Below are positions 19,296-30,184 of a DNA stretch of 64,000 nucleotides, in pieces. Position 1 is the stretch's first letter. Every line of letters begins with the position of its first letter. The notes beneath the pieces are model-generated. The model had not been told where the DNA came from. It made no database searches and worked only from the letters and a program-made list of their open reading frames with translations. The stretch is from an uncultured bacterium (lineage in GTDB: Bacteria > Verrucomicrobiota > Verrucomicrobiia > Limisphaerales > UBA8199): the NCBI GenBank assembly GCA_963749495.1, contig CAVVMW010000014.1, positions 256,001-320,000 of the forward strand. The letters are read 5' to 3'. A program made the position numbers and the translations under genes.

Positions 19296-19518
19296 TCGAA
19301 CCCCCGCTCGTCCTGCTGCCAATCCAATCCAACAGCAGAAAAGTACAAACGAAGAATGGGAACACCCCATAGAGCGTGTCACTCACCGAGTGGGAATGCC
19401 GGTCAGCGGCCCTGAAGACCGTCAGGCAGAACAACGCCGCAACGACGCTCACCACTGTGCCGGGGACCGAGACGGGGACATAGACCCAGCCGATACGCTT
19501 GAACCAATGGGTTTTCAT
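19276..19518 (-). CDS. Small membrane protein
   Basis: MKTHWFKRIGWVYVPVS...HSHSVSDTLYG; two hydrophobic segments. Confidence 0.7.
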   Translation of the reverse strand: MKTHWFKRIGWVYVPVSVPGTVVSVVAALFCLTVFRAADRHSHSVSDTLYGVFPFFVCTFLLLDWIGSRTSGGSRMTNDE

Positions 19519-19659
19519 ACGATTTCCACAGGACAATGCGTTTTCACTTTGTATTACAAAGTCAAACCCGTCAAGCCCAAAACATCCGCCCACCTCCCCA
19601 ACGGGGCGCATCGGGCGGGCACCACCACGCGAGAGAGAACCGCGGGGCCGAACTCAGTA

Positions 19660-19950
19660 GCCCGAAGGGCTTATGATCACTCAGCCCAGGGTTGCGCGGA
19701 ACGCGCTACCCTGGGTCATGCGCCACCAGTTGACCACCTACCCCGAAAGGGGTTGTATCCCTGCTGCTGAAACCCTTCCAGGGTTTTCAGGTTTGGTGGC
19801 TTGGCCCCTCCAGACCCTGGCCGAGTTGGGTTGCGTGTCCCTCCTTCGCGAAGCGTCTGGAGTGCGGCGCATGCCGCCGCTCTTCGAACCCACGCCTTGC
19901 GGCGTTCGAACGTCAGAGCGCGGGAATGCCGCGCACTCCAGACGCTTCGC
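19660..19950. repeat. REP-like palindrome cluster
   Basis: AGCCCAGGGTTGCGCGGAACGCGCTACCCTGGGT (near-identical copy at 27770-27803), and GAAGCGTCTGGAGTGCG(C)GGC..GCCGCGCACTCCAGACGCTTC arms. Confidence 0.75.
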
Positions 19951-19972
19951 GAGCTGGGCCGGGCGTGCCTGC

Positions 19973-20721
19973 TCACGGCGCTGCTGCCGCCGGCCGGTTG
20001 CGGAAGACGATGATATGCTGGCGCGGAAGGCCGCCGATGGTGGCCACCCAGGCCAGGGGGAGCGCGGACATCTCTTTCTTCACCTGGGCCTCGGTCATCT
20101 TGTGCAGGAGCTTGATAGGGACGGCCGGGTCTTCGAGGCGATACTCGACAAAGACGACACGGCCGCCGGGCTTGAGCGCGCGGCAGATGCCGGTCATCAT
20201 CTCGTAAGGAAAATCGAACTCATGGTAAACGTCCACCATGAGCACTAGGTCCACCGAGGCCTCGGGGAGTTGGGGCTCCGGGTGGTGCCGAGGACGGGAA
20301 CGACGTTGGTGATGCGCAGGGCGGCCATGCTGGTCTGCAGCAGGTCGAGCATCTCCTGCTGGATGTCCACGGCGAAAACCTTTCCGGCGGGACCGACCTT
20401 CCGGGCAAGGCGGCGCGTGAAATAGCCCGTGCCAGCGCCGATGTCCGCCACGGTGTCCCCCGGCTTGAGCTGCAGCCGCTCGATGAGCATTGCCGGCTGC
20501 TCCTCGGCCTCGCGCTGGGGCCGTTCCAGCCACTGGGCCCATTGATGGCCCATCACTTGGGTAATCTCGCGGCCCATGTAGAACCTGCCCGTGCCGTCCG
20601 GGCTGTGGTCGGCGTGCCATTCGTAGCGCGGGGGGGCGGGCTTGGGCGCGTCCTGGGGCGTGCCGGCTCGAGGCGACAGGCTGGCCATGGCGCAGAGCCA
20701 GACCAGGAGGGAACGACTCAT
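19973..20721 (-). CDS. Secreted class I SAM-dependent methyltransferase, 1-nt deletion near 20270
   Basis: YMGREITQVMGH and VADIGAGTGYF in one frame; VDLVLMVDVYHEF and LKPGGR in the next. Confidence 0.88.
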
Positions 20722-20960
20722 CGAGCGAGGGCGGTGGAGGCGGTGAGCCCAAAATGACGAATGACGAATGACGAATGACGAAGCAGCCATAGCGCGGTCC
20801 TTTTGGCCAACATCGGGCTGGAGGCGCGCTTTGGCAAGCGGGGGAAGGGGCGAAAGGAACCTAAGGGACTTAAGGGACTACGAGCGCAGGCTGCCTTCGT
20901 CATTCGTCATTCGTCATTCGTCATTCGTCATTCGTCATTCTGCACTCGGCGCACTCCGCA

Positions 20961-22049
20961 CTACTTATAGGAGCGCAGCGTGAGGAGGAGCCCCTCCATC
21001 AGCGGCCGGAGATCGCCCAGTTGTTGCTTGACCGAGTCCTGGGCGTAAAAGGCCTCCAGGTAGTGCCGGTGCCGGGCCTCGGTAAGTTCCTGGAACGGCA
21101 GGCCCTGGCCGGGGATGGGGTTGGTCTGGATGTCCACGAATCTGGCGGGGCTGGCGCTGGAGAAGTCGATGGCCTTGAAATCGAGGGTGCGCTCCAGGGG
21201 ATTGCTGCGTGTGCGGTAATGGAGCTTGCGAGAGGAGACCTCATAGACGATGCGCCAGACGGTGAAATCACCCTGGCAGACCTGTTCGAGGGTATCGAAG
21301 GCGTAATCGAGGTCCTGCCGGGGTTCGCCGGGTTTGAAGGCGGCGGCGCGGGCGGCGGCGTGGGCGAAGCGGGCGATCGAGCTCCGGTCCTGGGCGCGGG
21401 CGGGCAGGCTGGCCGGCTGCGGGTGCGCCTTGACGTAGTCCGCCGAGGCCCCGTAGGTCTCGTTGGCCAGCGCCCGGCATTCGAGCGCGGGCCCTCGATG
21501 CACGACCATCTTGCCGTCGAGGAACTCGATGGCGGCGCAGTTTCCCTCCGCATCGCACACCAGGTAATGCACCCGCGCCATGTTGCGCACCGAAGCCGGC
21601 GGCGGCTCGACGCGCAGCTTCCCATCCGTGGCAATGACCTCGCCCACGCTGCGGCAATTGTCGAGCTGGTACTGAATCCACTGGAACAGGTTGACCGCCG
21701 GGCGCGCGTCCGGCGCGGCATAGCCGGTTTCCGGGAGCACCATGTTCTCGACCACCAGGCCCGTCTCGTTCATGCCGCCAAAGGGCAGTTCCCGGCCACA
21801 CTGATTGAACGTCACACTCCCGTACCTCGAGGTCCATTTCGTCGGCGAGCCTTCCGTCATCAAAAAGGCAGTCTTCTGCACGTCCCGCGGGTTGATGATC
21901 GTCAGGCCGTCTTCCCAGAACCAATCCAGGTTCCGCCCGAAATAGATTCGCTCTTTGCCTTTCAGGACAAAGGTCGTGCATGGCATCGCCGTCTGGGCGC
22001 ACAGCAACAGGCTCAGCACAATCCTCAGGCCCTTGAGTACCGCTTTCAT
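20961..22049 (-). CDS. Linear amide C-N (Ntn) hydrolase, choloylglycine hydrolase/penicillin V acylase family
   Basis: Signal peptide followed by catalytic CTTF, GRNLDW and GGMNETGL. Confidence 0.9.
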   Translation of the reverse strand: MKAVLKGLRIVLSLLLCAQTAMPCTTFVLKGKERIYFGRNLDWFWEDGLTIINPRDVQKTAFLMTEGSPTKWTSRYGSVTFNQCGRELPFGGMNETGLVVENMVLPETGYAAPDARPAVNLFQWIQYQLDNCRSVGEVIATDGKLRVEPPPASVRNMARVHYLVCDAEGNCAAIEFLDGKMVVHRGPALECRALANETYGASADYVKAHPQPASLPARAQDRSSIARFAHAAARAAAFKPGEPRQDLDYAFDTLEQVCQGDFTVWRIVYEVSSRKLHYRTRSNPLERTLDFKAIDFSSASPARFVDIQTNPIPGQGLPFQELTEARHRHYLEAFYAQDSVKQQLGDLRPLMEGLLLTLRSYK

Positions 22050-22183
22050 ATTTTGATCGGGCTGATGATCGCCGCTTATTTTCTTCTCCGCAAGAAGTGA
22101 GTGTGGTAGAAGCGGTGGCGAACCAGGCGCCGGGGCGTGGGCACAATCGCGCGCGGCGCCGGCGTTGACCGAATCATCGTCGT

Positions 22184-22672
22184 ATGGACAAGACCTTCAC
22201 CTTCACCGTTAACGGGCAAGCCCGGACGGTCACCACGGACCCGGAGCGTCCGCTCCTGCACGTGCTGCGCGAAGACCTTCAACTCACCGGCACCAGGTAC
22301 GGCTGTGGGGAGGGCCAGTGCCATGCCTGCACCGTCCTCATCAACGGCCAGAGCACGCCCTCCTGCATTACGCCAATCCGCAACGCCGACCAGCAGGCCG
22401 TCCTGACCATCGAAGGGCTGGCCCAGGGCGAGCGGCTGCACGCGGTGCAAGAGGCCTTCCTGGCCCAGAGCGCCTTTCAATGCGGCTATTGCACGCCCGG
22501 CATGGTGCTCGAGGTGGTCGGGCTGTTGAAGGGCACACCCAAGCCGACGGATGCGCAGATCCGCTCCAGCCTGCAGGGCCACCTGTGCCGCTGTTGCAAT
22601 TACCCGAGGCTCATCCAGGCGGTTCAACACGCCGCCGCGCTGCAATCGTCTGGAGATCAGGGGGCCAAATGA
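22184..22672 (+). CDS. (2Fe-2S)-binding small subunit (CoxS/IorA-like)
   Basis: GCGEGQCHACTV, QCGYCTPG and LCRCC motifs. Confidence 0.93.
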   Translation: MDKTFTFTVNGQARTVTTDPERPLLHVLREDLQLTGTRYGCGEGQCHACTVLINGQSTPSCITPIRNADQQAVLTIEGLAQGERLHAVQEAFLAQSAFQCGYCTPGMVLEVVGLLKGTPKPTDAQIRSSLQGHLCRCCNYPRLIQAVQHAAALQSSGDQGAK

Positions 22673-22763
22673 CGAATGACGAATGACGAATGACGAATGA
22701 CGAATGAATGGAGTGCGGAATGCGGAGTGCGGAGTGCAGATATATAGGAAGGACAGGACAGCC

Positions 22764-24911
22764 ATGAATGATGACGCAACGAACAGCCGGGCAACACAGG
22801 CCGAGGAGGCGGAGAACGTGCAGGAGGCGGGTTATGATTTTGGCCTGAACAGGCGCGGCTTTGTCCAGGTGCTGGGTGCGGGGCTGCTGGTAGCGGTGAG
22901 CGGGATGCCGGCGCTGGCCCAGCGCCGCGGGGGCCGGGGCGGCGGCCAGGGGCCGAGCACCCTTTCTGCTCGAATCCATTTGGGCAAGGACGGGACGATC
23001 ACCGTCCTGACCGGCAAGGTGGAGGCGGGCCAGGGGGCGCGGACGGAGCTGAGCCTGGCGGCTGCCGAGGAATTGCGGGTGCCCGTTGGCCGCATCCAAC
23101 TGCTCATGGCCGACACGGCCCTGGTGCCCGACAACGGGGTCACAGCCGGAAGCGGCTCCACGCCCCGAAGCGTGCCCGCGATACGGCGGGGCGCGGCCGC
23201 TGCCCGCCAGGTGCTGGCGGATTGGGCCGCCCGCAAGTGGGGCGTCGAGCCGGCGGCCGTCGAGGTCCGCAACGGCACGGCCCTCCATGGACCGACTCAA
23301 GGACGGCTCACCTACGCCGACCTGGCCTCCGACCCCGAGGCGCTCAAGGCCATGGACCAGCCGATCCAGTCCAACGTCGCCTTCACTCCCGTCAAGGAGT
23401 GGAAGGTCATGGGCGTCTCCACGCCGCGGACCAACCGGCGTGACCTCGTGACCGGCGCGCACAAATTCCCTTCGGACATCATCCGGCCCGGGATGCTCTA
23501 CGGCAAGGTCCTGCGCGCGCCCGCCTATGGGGCCAGGCTCACGGCGCTGGACCTCGCCCCAGCCAAGGCGATGAAGGGCGTGGTGGCCGTCCAGGACGAC
23601 CAGTTTGCGGGCGTGGCCGCGCCAACGACTTTTCAGGCCGACCAGGCCCTGGCGGCCATTGCCGCGACCGCCAAATGGGAACGGGCCCCCCACACTTCGA
23701 GCAAGGAACTCTTTTCACACCTGCACGACACCGCCCGCGGCGGCCTGCCCGCCAACCCGTTCGGCGATGAACTGGCCCAGGCCAAACAGGTCCTGCGCCA
23801 GACTTACCAGGTCGCCTATGCCCAGCACGCACCCCTGGAGCCGCGCGCCGCTGTCGCCGAGTGGGCGGACGGCAAGTTGACCGTGTGGACCGGGACGCAG
23901 AATCCGTTTGGGTGCCGCGGGGAACTGGCCCGCGCGTTTCACCTGCCGGAGGACAAAGTGCGGGTGATCGTCCCGGATTTCGGCAGCGGTTTCGGGGGCA
24001 AACACACCGGCGAGGCCGGCGTCGAGGCCGCGCGGCTGGCCCAGGCCGCCGCGCGCCCGGTCTCGCTGCGCTGGACGCGCGCCGAGGAGTTCACCTGGGC
24101 TTACTTCCGCCCGGCGGCCCTCATCCTCGCCGAGGCATCGCTCGATGAAAAAGGGGCCCTGACCTCGTGGCATTTCGTCAACGTCAATTCGGGCGGCTCC
24201 GCGGTGGATACTCCCTATCGCGCGGGCAAGAATCGCTGCCAATTTGTCACCGCCAACCCCCCGCTGCGGCAGGGGTCCTACCGCGCCCTGGCGGCCACGG
24301 CCAACACTTTCGCGCGCGAGTCGTTCATGGACGAACTGGCTGCGGCGGCTGGCGCGGACCCGCTCCAATTCCGCCTGGCCCACCTCGAAAATGCCCGCCT
24401 GCGCGCGGTCCTCGAGGCCGCCGCCCAACGCTTCGGCTGGGAGGATGCCCGCAAGAACAAGACGCCCAACGTCGGCGTCGGCCTGGCCTGCGGCACCGAG
24501 AAAGGCTCTTATGTGGCCGCCTGCGCCGAGGTCGAAGCCGACCCGGCGCAGAACAAGCTGGTGGTGCGCCGCGTCACCCAGGTCTTCGAATGCGGCCCCG
24601 TTCTCAATCCCGACAACCTGATCTCGCAGATCCAGGGCGCCGTCATGATGGGCCTGGGCCCGGCCCTCCGCGAGGAGATGCGCTTCGAGAACGGCGAGGT
24701 CCTCAACGCCACCTTCCGCAAATACCTGGTGCCCCGTTTCGATGACACTCCCCAGCTCAACGTCCACCTCCTCAACCGCCCCGACCTCGACCCGGCCGGC
24801 GCTGGCGAAACCCCCATCATCGCCGTCGCCCCCGCCCTGGCCAATGCCTTGTTCCACGCGACCGGCCGGCGTCTCAGGACGATGCCGTTGATGCCGAACG
24901 GGGTGGCCTGA
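22764..24911 (+). CDS. Molybdopterin-dependent oxidoreductase large subunit (xanthine dehydrogenase/IorB family), Tat-exported
   Basis: RRGFV Tat motif, GKVEAGQG, HAPLEP, GSGFGGK and GAGETP motifs. ATG 22764 chosen because the upstream extension lies in a repeat. Confidence 0.9.
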   Translation: MNDDATNSRATQAEEAENVQEAGYDFGLNRRGFVQVLGAGLLVAVSGMPALAQRRGGRGGGQGPSTLSARIHLGKDGTITVLTGKVEAGQGARTELSLAAAEELRVPVGRIQLLMADTALVPDNGVTAGSGSTPRSVPAIRRGAAAARQVLADWAARKWGVEPAAVEVRNGTALHGPTQGRLTYADLASDPEALKAMDQPIQSNVAFTPVKEWKVMGVSTPRTNRRDLVTGAHKFPSDIIRPGMLYGKVLRAPAYGARLTALDLAPAKAMKGVVAVQDDQFAGVAAPTTFQADQALAAIAATAKWERAPHTSSKELFSHLHDTARGGLPANPFGDELAQAKQVLRQTYQVAYAQHAPLEPRAAVAEWADGKLTVWTGTQNPFGCRGELARAFHLPEDKVRVIVPDFGSGFGGKHTGEAGVEAARLAQAAARPVSLRWTRAEEFTWAYFRPAALILAEASLDEKGALTSWHFVNVNSGGSAVDTPYRAGKNRCQFVTANPPLRQGSYRALAATANTFARESFMDELAAAAGADPLQFRLAHLENARLRAVLEAAAQRFGWEDARKNKTPNVGVGLACGTEKGSYVAACAEVEADPAQNKLVVRRVTQVFECGPVLNPDNLISQIQGAVMMGLGPALREEMRFENGEVLNATFRKYLVPRFDDTPQLNVHLLNRPDLDPAGAGETPIIAVAPALANALFHATGRRLRTMPLMPNGVA

Positions 24912-24930
24912 GCCGGGCCTGAACCAAATC

Positions 24931-27662
24931 ATGAAGACTCTGCTCATCTCAATCGCATTCCTGGTCCTGGCCATCACGAACACGACCGGTGCGGCCGGCA
25001 GTTCGGGGGCCTTGACCCTGTCCAACTCCGCTGTGAGTATGCCGAGAACCCACTGGGCGTGGACGTGGCGCATCCGCGCCTGTTCTGGAAACTGGAGGGA
25101 ACCGGCCGGGCCCAGCGGCAGACGGCCTGGCGGATATTCGCCGCCTCCGCGCCCGAACTGTTGGACAAAGACAAAGCCGACCTGTGGGACAGCGGCAAGG
25201 TCAAGTCCGATGAGACGATACACGTGCTGTACGGCGGGCGGCCTTTGAAGTCCTCGCAACAGGTCTTCTGGAAGGTCCGCGTGTGGGACCAGGATGGCAG
25301 GGCCTCCAAGTGGAGCCAGCGGGCGGCATGGACGATGGGCATGCTCGCGGACACAGACTGGAAGGCGAAGTGGATCGGCGCGGCAGACGCACTCGAAGGC
25401 AGCAAGTCCAACGGCAGCGGCACGCTCCTGCTGCGGCGCGAGTTCCCGGTCAGAGCGGGGCTCAAGCGGGCGGTCATCCACGTGTGCGGCCTGGGCCAAT
25501 ATGAACTCTTCCTCAATGGCGCCAAGGCCGGTGAGGACCTGCTCTCGCCTGGCTGGACGAAGTACGACAAGACGTGCCTCTACGAAACGCGCGAGGTTAC
25601 GCCCCTGCTCAAGCCGGGCGCCAATGCCATCGGCCTGTTCCTCGGCAACGGCATGTATAACGTCCAGGGCGGACGCTACATTAAGTTCAAGGGCTCGTTT
25701 GGCCCGCCCAAGGCCATTGCCCAGTTGGTCCTCGAATACCAAGACGGCGCCGCAGAACTGCTCTGCACCGATGAGGGCTGGCGCACCGCCCCGGGACCGA
25801 TCACCTTCTCGTGCGTTTATGGCGGCGAGGACTACGATGCCCGCCTGGAGCAGCGCGGCTGGGACCGGGCCGGGTTCGCCGGGGCCGGTTGGGCGCCGGC
25901 CAAGGTGGTTCAAGGGCCGGGCGGCCAACTCCGGGGCCTCTCTTGCGCGGCGCCCCCGATTCGCGCCTTCGAGGTCCTCAAGCCGGCGCGCATCACCCCG
26001 CTGCGGCCGGGGGTCGAGGTCTATGACCTGGCCCAGAACGCCTCCCTCGTGCCGCGCCTGGCCGTCACGGGGCCGGCCGGGGCTGTCGTCAGAATCATCC
26101 CCGCCGAGCTGCTCAAGCCGGATGGCTCCGTGGATCGCGGCTCGTGCGGCGGCGGGGCCTGCTATTGGCAATACACGCTGGCCGGCGATGGCGTGGAGCA
26201 GTGGTTCCCCAAGTTCTTCTACCACGGCTGCCGCTATCTCCAGGTCGAGTGCGCGGCGCCGGCGGGCGATGAACTGCCCCGCATCGAGTCGCTCGAGGGG
26301 GTGGTCGTCCATTGCGCCTCGCCTCCCGCCGGGGAATTCTCCTGCTCCAACCCCCTCTTCAGCCGTATCCGCACCCTGGTCCGCTGGGCCCAGCGCAGCA
26401 ACATGATGAGCGTGATGACCGACTGCCCGCACCGCGAGAAACTCGGCTGGCTCGAGGAGGACCACCTCAACGGCCCCTCGTTGCGTTACGAGTTCGACAT
26501 GGCGCGGCTTTTCACAAAGGTGGCCAACGACATGGCCGATTCCCAGCGCCCCAACGGACTGGTGCCCGACATCGCCCCCGAATACGTCGTGTTCGACGGC
26601 GGCTTCGTCGATTCGCCCGAATGGGGCAGTGCGTTTATCCTCGTGCCCTGGCAGCAGTACGAATTTGACGGCGACCTCGACCTGCTCCGCGCGCACTATG
26701 ACGCCATGAATCGCTATGTCGCCTATCTCGGCAGCCGGGCCTCCAGCAACATCGTCTCGCACGGGCTGGGAGATTGGTACGACCTCGGCCCAAACCCGCC
26801 GGGCGTGGCTCAACTGACCCCGCCGGCGCTGACCGCGACCGCATTTTATTATTATGACACCTGGATACTCTCCCAGGCCGCCGCCTTGCTGGGCAAGGCC
26901 GAGGACGCCAAACGCCTGGCCGGGTCGGCTGCCGCCATCCGGGCCGCCTTCAACGCGCGCTTCTTCAACGCCGCCAAGGGCCAATACGCCACCGGCTCCC
27001 AATGCGCCAACGCCATCCCGCTGGTCATGGGCCTGGTCGAGCCCGCCCACCGCCAATCGGTCCTGGATGGAATCGTCCAAGACGTGCGTGCCCGCGGCAA
27101 CGCCCTCACGGCGGGCGACGTCGGCTATCGCTACCTCCTGCGCGCCCTGGCCGAGGGGGGACGCTCGGACGTGATCTTCGACGTGAATAACCAATCGGAA
27201 AAGCCCGGCTACGGTTACCAACTCCGCCAGGGCGCAACCAGCCTCACCGAGGCCTGGGATGCCGGACGCGCCTCGTCCCAGAACCACTTCATGCTGGGCC
27301 AGATCACCGAATGGTTCTACCACGACCTGGCAGGCATCGGAGCGGCCGGCCCCGGTTTCAAGAAGATTGTCATCAAGCCCGCCATGGCGGGCGATGTTTC
27401 ATGGGTCAAGGCCGCCTTCGACTCCATTCGCGGCCCAATCGTGTCCGAGTGGACCCGGACCGCCGCCGGCTGCGTGCTCAACGTGAGAATTCCGCCCAAT
27501 ACGACCGCAACGGTCTTCGTGCCCGTCGGGCAGGCCGGCGCCGTGACCGAGAGTGGCGTCGCCGCCGAGCGCAGCAAAGGCGTGAGGTTCGTCCGCCAGG
27601 AAGCCGGCTGCAAGGTCTTCGAGAGCGCATCCGGCCATTACCAGTTCCACGCGCAGCCGTAG
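24931..27662 (+). CDS. GH78 alpha-L-rhamnosidase, 1-nt deletion near 25017
   Basis: The signal peptide in the 24931 frame joins PVQLRCEYAENPLG if one C is added to the C-run. TDCPHREKLGW, GATSLTEAW and SQNHFMLG motifs. Confidence 0.93.
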
Positions 27663-27710
27663 AGGAAAAGGCGTCGAAGAAAAGGCTGAAGGCTGAAGGC
27701 TAAAGTGGAA
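27568..27710 (+). repeat. Imperfect direct repeat of the rhamnosidase 3' end plus heptamer tail; second copy at 28946-29089
   Basis: AGCGCAGCAAAGGCGTG..CCGCCAGGAAGCCGGCTGCAAGGTCTT..CGCATCCG..CCAGTTCC.CGCGCAGCCGTAGA occurs twice, bracketing the prepilin-like gene. Confidence 0.85.
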
Positions 27711-28042
27711 GGGCGTGCGTTTCGGTTTCTTGCGTAGCCTGTTCCAATCCCGAAGGGATTCAATCACTCAGCCCAGGGTTGCGCGGCACGCGCTACCCTG
27801 GGTCGCTCCGCCCTTGACCCGATACCCTGCAAGGGTTTCAGCAGCGGGGATGCAACCCTTTCAGCAGGGTAGTTGATCAACGGTGGAGCGACCCTTGACG
27901 TGTCCGGCTTCTTGCGGTAGAAAGGCTACGTAATCCATCTTATGAGGCGCCGCGGACAGGGGATTGCCGGACACTCGCCCCAAGGGGCGGGCGGGATGCC
28001 GCTGGCGGCGGGAGGATTGGGCCACGGAGGAGCACTTTGCCC

Positions 28043-28924
28043 ATGAAAGGTCTGGGATTTCCATATCGCCGGGTGGGACGGGGGTTTACCTTGATCGAGC
28101 TGTTGGTCGTTATTGCGGTCATTGGCATTTTGGCCGCGTTGTTGCTGCCGGTTCTTGCCCGCGCCAAGCGGGCCGCCGAGGACACGACTTGTAGGAACAA
28201 TTTACGGCAGATGGCCCTGGCCCTGAATGCTTACGTAAACGATTACGGAGCGTATCCGGGCCCAAAACCGGACCTTTCCGACAACGGACTAACGTATTTG
28301 GCAGACCGGCTGCAGCCCTACGCGGGGTCTGCATGGGCGTACCAGATCGCTACGAATTGGGCCCAGTATATAGATCCTTCATACCAACGCCAAGTTGCCG
28401 GTGGGAGGCGCATTTATATATGCCCGAGCTGGACGCGGATAGGGGGCGGCTATTCCGGCTGTAACGGGGCTTATGCCTACAACGCATTGGGGGGCGCACC
28501 TACGCTCTATCCGGTGGGGCTTGCAGGCGAATATTTCACTTTGCGGCGGACCAAGGAGACCCAGGTCGTCGTCCCGAGCGACATGATAGCACTGGGGGAC
28601 TGCACGTTCCTGCAGACACAGGTCGCCTATCTTTGGAGGCCCCTTTTCTTCGGGTATCCCGTGCTGGAGTACTACCTCTTCGACACGCAGTCCGTCGCGC
28701 CCGGCTTCGACTACCTACGGTACATTTATGCTAACGCGCCGCCGCGCCACGGCGCGCGTTGGAACGTTGTGTTCTGTGACGCTCACGTCGAGACGTTGCG
28801 CCGGCGGGAACTGCTCTATTTCCCCTCAGAGGATGCAGCGCCCCTAGACCAGGTCTCGCGGCGGTGGAACATCGACCACCAACCCCACACTGAGTTGCTG
28901 CCCAAGCCGGTGGGGGGCCGTTGA
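28043..28924 (+). CDS. Prepilin-type N-terminal cleavage/methylation protein with H-X9-DG-like C-terminus
   Basis: GFTLIELLVVIAVIGILAALLLP, C.NNLRQ and RHGARWNVVFCDAHVE motifs; GGAGG RBS upstream. Confidence 0.92.
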   Translation: MKGLGFPYRRVGRGFTLIELLVVIAVIGILAALLLPVLARAKRAAEDTTCRNNLRQMALALNAYVNDYGAYPGPKPDLSDNGLTYLADRLQPYAGSAWAYQIATNWAQYIDPSYQRQVAGGRRIYICPSWTRIGGGYSGCNGAYAYNALGGAPTLYPVGLAGEYFTLRRTKETQVVVPSDMIALGDCTFLQTQVAYLWRPLFFGYPVLEYYLFDTQSVAPGFDYLRYIYANAPPRHGARWNVVFCDAHVETLRRRELLYFPSEDAAPLDQVSRRWNIDHQPHTELLPKPVGGR

Positions 28925-29046
28925 CAAGGTCCGGCGAGCCGCCTCAGCGCAGCAAAGGCGTGCGGTTCCTCCGCCAGGAAGCCGGCTGCAAGGTCTTGGA
29001 GATCGCATCCGCCCAGGTACCAGTTCCGCGCGCAGCCGTAGAAGAA

Positions 29047-29428
29047 AAGGCTGAAGGCTAAAGGCTGAAGGCTAAAGGCTAAATGGGAAAGGGACGCGCC
29101 TCTCCCGAGTGCGATTAAAAGCATCGGGCATGCGCCTCAGGGGTTTTGTCCCGGAGGGACATCTGAGAATAGCCCGGCGTTTCAACGCCGGGGAAGCCAC
29201 AAAAGGGAGCCTCGTCCCGAAGGGACGACTGAGAACACTCCGTGCTTTCAGCCGTCCCTTCGCGACGGACCTGCTCCTTGGGGCCGCTCACCCGGCGTTG
29301 AAACGCCGGGCTATTGTCGGAAGCCCCTTCGGGGCAAAAAGGCGCCGTGGGCTGACGGACAGTTTCACTCCCACCCGCCTCTCCCCTTTAGCCTTTAGCC
29401 TTTAGCCTTTTCTTTAGCCTTCAGCCTT
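29047..29428. repeat. Inverted pair of (AAGGCT[A/G])n arrays enclosing a REP-like palindrome pair
   Basis: Arrays at 29047-29083 and 29386-29428 (reverse). ATAGCCCGGCGTTTCAACGCCGGG and its reverse complement lie between them. Confidence 0.8.
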
Positions 29429-30123
29429 TCCCTCTCGTATTCCTCCAACGTGATGGGCTCGATGCGGACGTTGTCGAACCAGTAAACCCCGGCGGGATAA
29501 TAGGCAAAGAGCATTACGCGCATCTCGGTCACTGCCGGGCGCGCCTTGGTGGGGAAGAAGACCTGGGAGCAGGTGCTCCAACTGTCGCCCGCGGATTTGC
29601 AGCCGACCAACGCTTCCCAGAGGCGGCGTTTCTGCCGCTGAAGGGCGCCCCAGCCGCGCACCCAGACCTTCGCCCCGCCGCTCTGGCCCTTGAAATCAAA
29701 GGTGATGCGGTAGGGCTGGCCGGGCTTGACGGGGATTGGGTCCGAATAGAGCGAAAGGCCGTAAGTTTCAGCAACCGCATTGCCGGCCGGTTTGGGAATG
29801 TTCCATTCGTTGGTCAGGCCAGTCCTTTTCCATTGCTCGACCATTGCCTTTTCGCTGACGCGGGTGTCCATGCGAATGGCCATGCCGTGGGCGGGATCGC
29901 CGCTCTCGGCCCATTGCACCCCGAGTCCGTCGGGTTTGCCCCACCCTGCCGGCCTGGCTTTGTCGGCCGCAGCGGCTTGCTCGAAGCTGCCGTTGGGCAC
30001 CAGCGCGGGGGCAGGCTGGGCAAGCAGAGGGGCCGCGGTCAACGCGGCCAGCAGCAAAGCCGCCAGCGCCACCCGGGAGGAAAGTGCAAGAGACACAAAG
30101 GACACAAGGGACGGAAGGGACAA
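29395..30123 (-). CDS. Secreted carbohydrate-binding-module-like protein
   Basis: Signal peptide, LVPNGSFE, VKPGQPYRI and WFDNVRI jelly-roll motifs. Start uncertain. Confidence 0.7.
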   Translation of the reverse strand: MSLPSLVSFVSLALSSRVALAALLLAALTAAPLLAQPAPALVPNGSFEQAAAADKARPAGWGKPDGLGVQWAESGDPAHGMAIRMDTRVSEKAMVEQWKRTGLTNEWNIPKPAGNAVAETYGLSLYSDPIPVKPGQPYRITFDFKGQSGGAKVWVRGWGALQRQKRRLWEALVGCKSAGDSWSTCSQVFFPTKARPAVTEMRVMLFAYYPAGVYWFDNVRIEPITLEEYERERLKAKEKAKG

Positions 30124-30184
30124 AAGCGACGCTTTGCGCCCCGATCTGGAGCCGAACTGCCTTCAGGAATACAGCCGGCTGGGT

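Noticed and set aside
23715..27323. 1202-aa minus-strand ORF (also 29780..32308, 11225..12904, 37376..39514, 60289..61944, 62284..63942)
   Set aside because: Antisense shadows of well-supported genes in high-GC DNA; no recognisable motifs.
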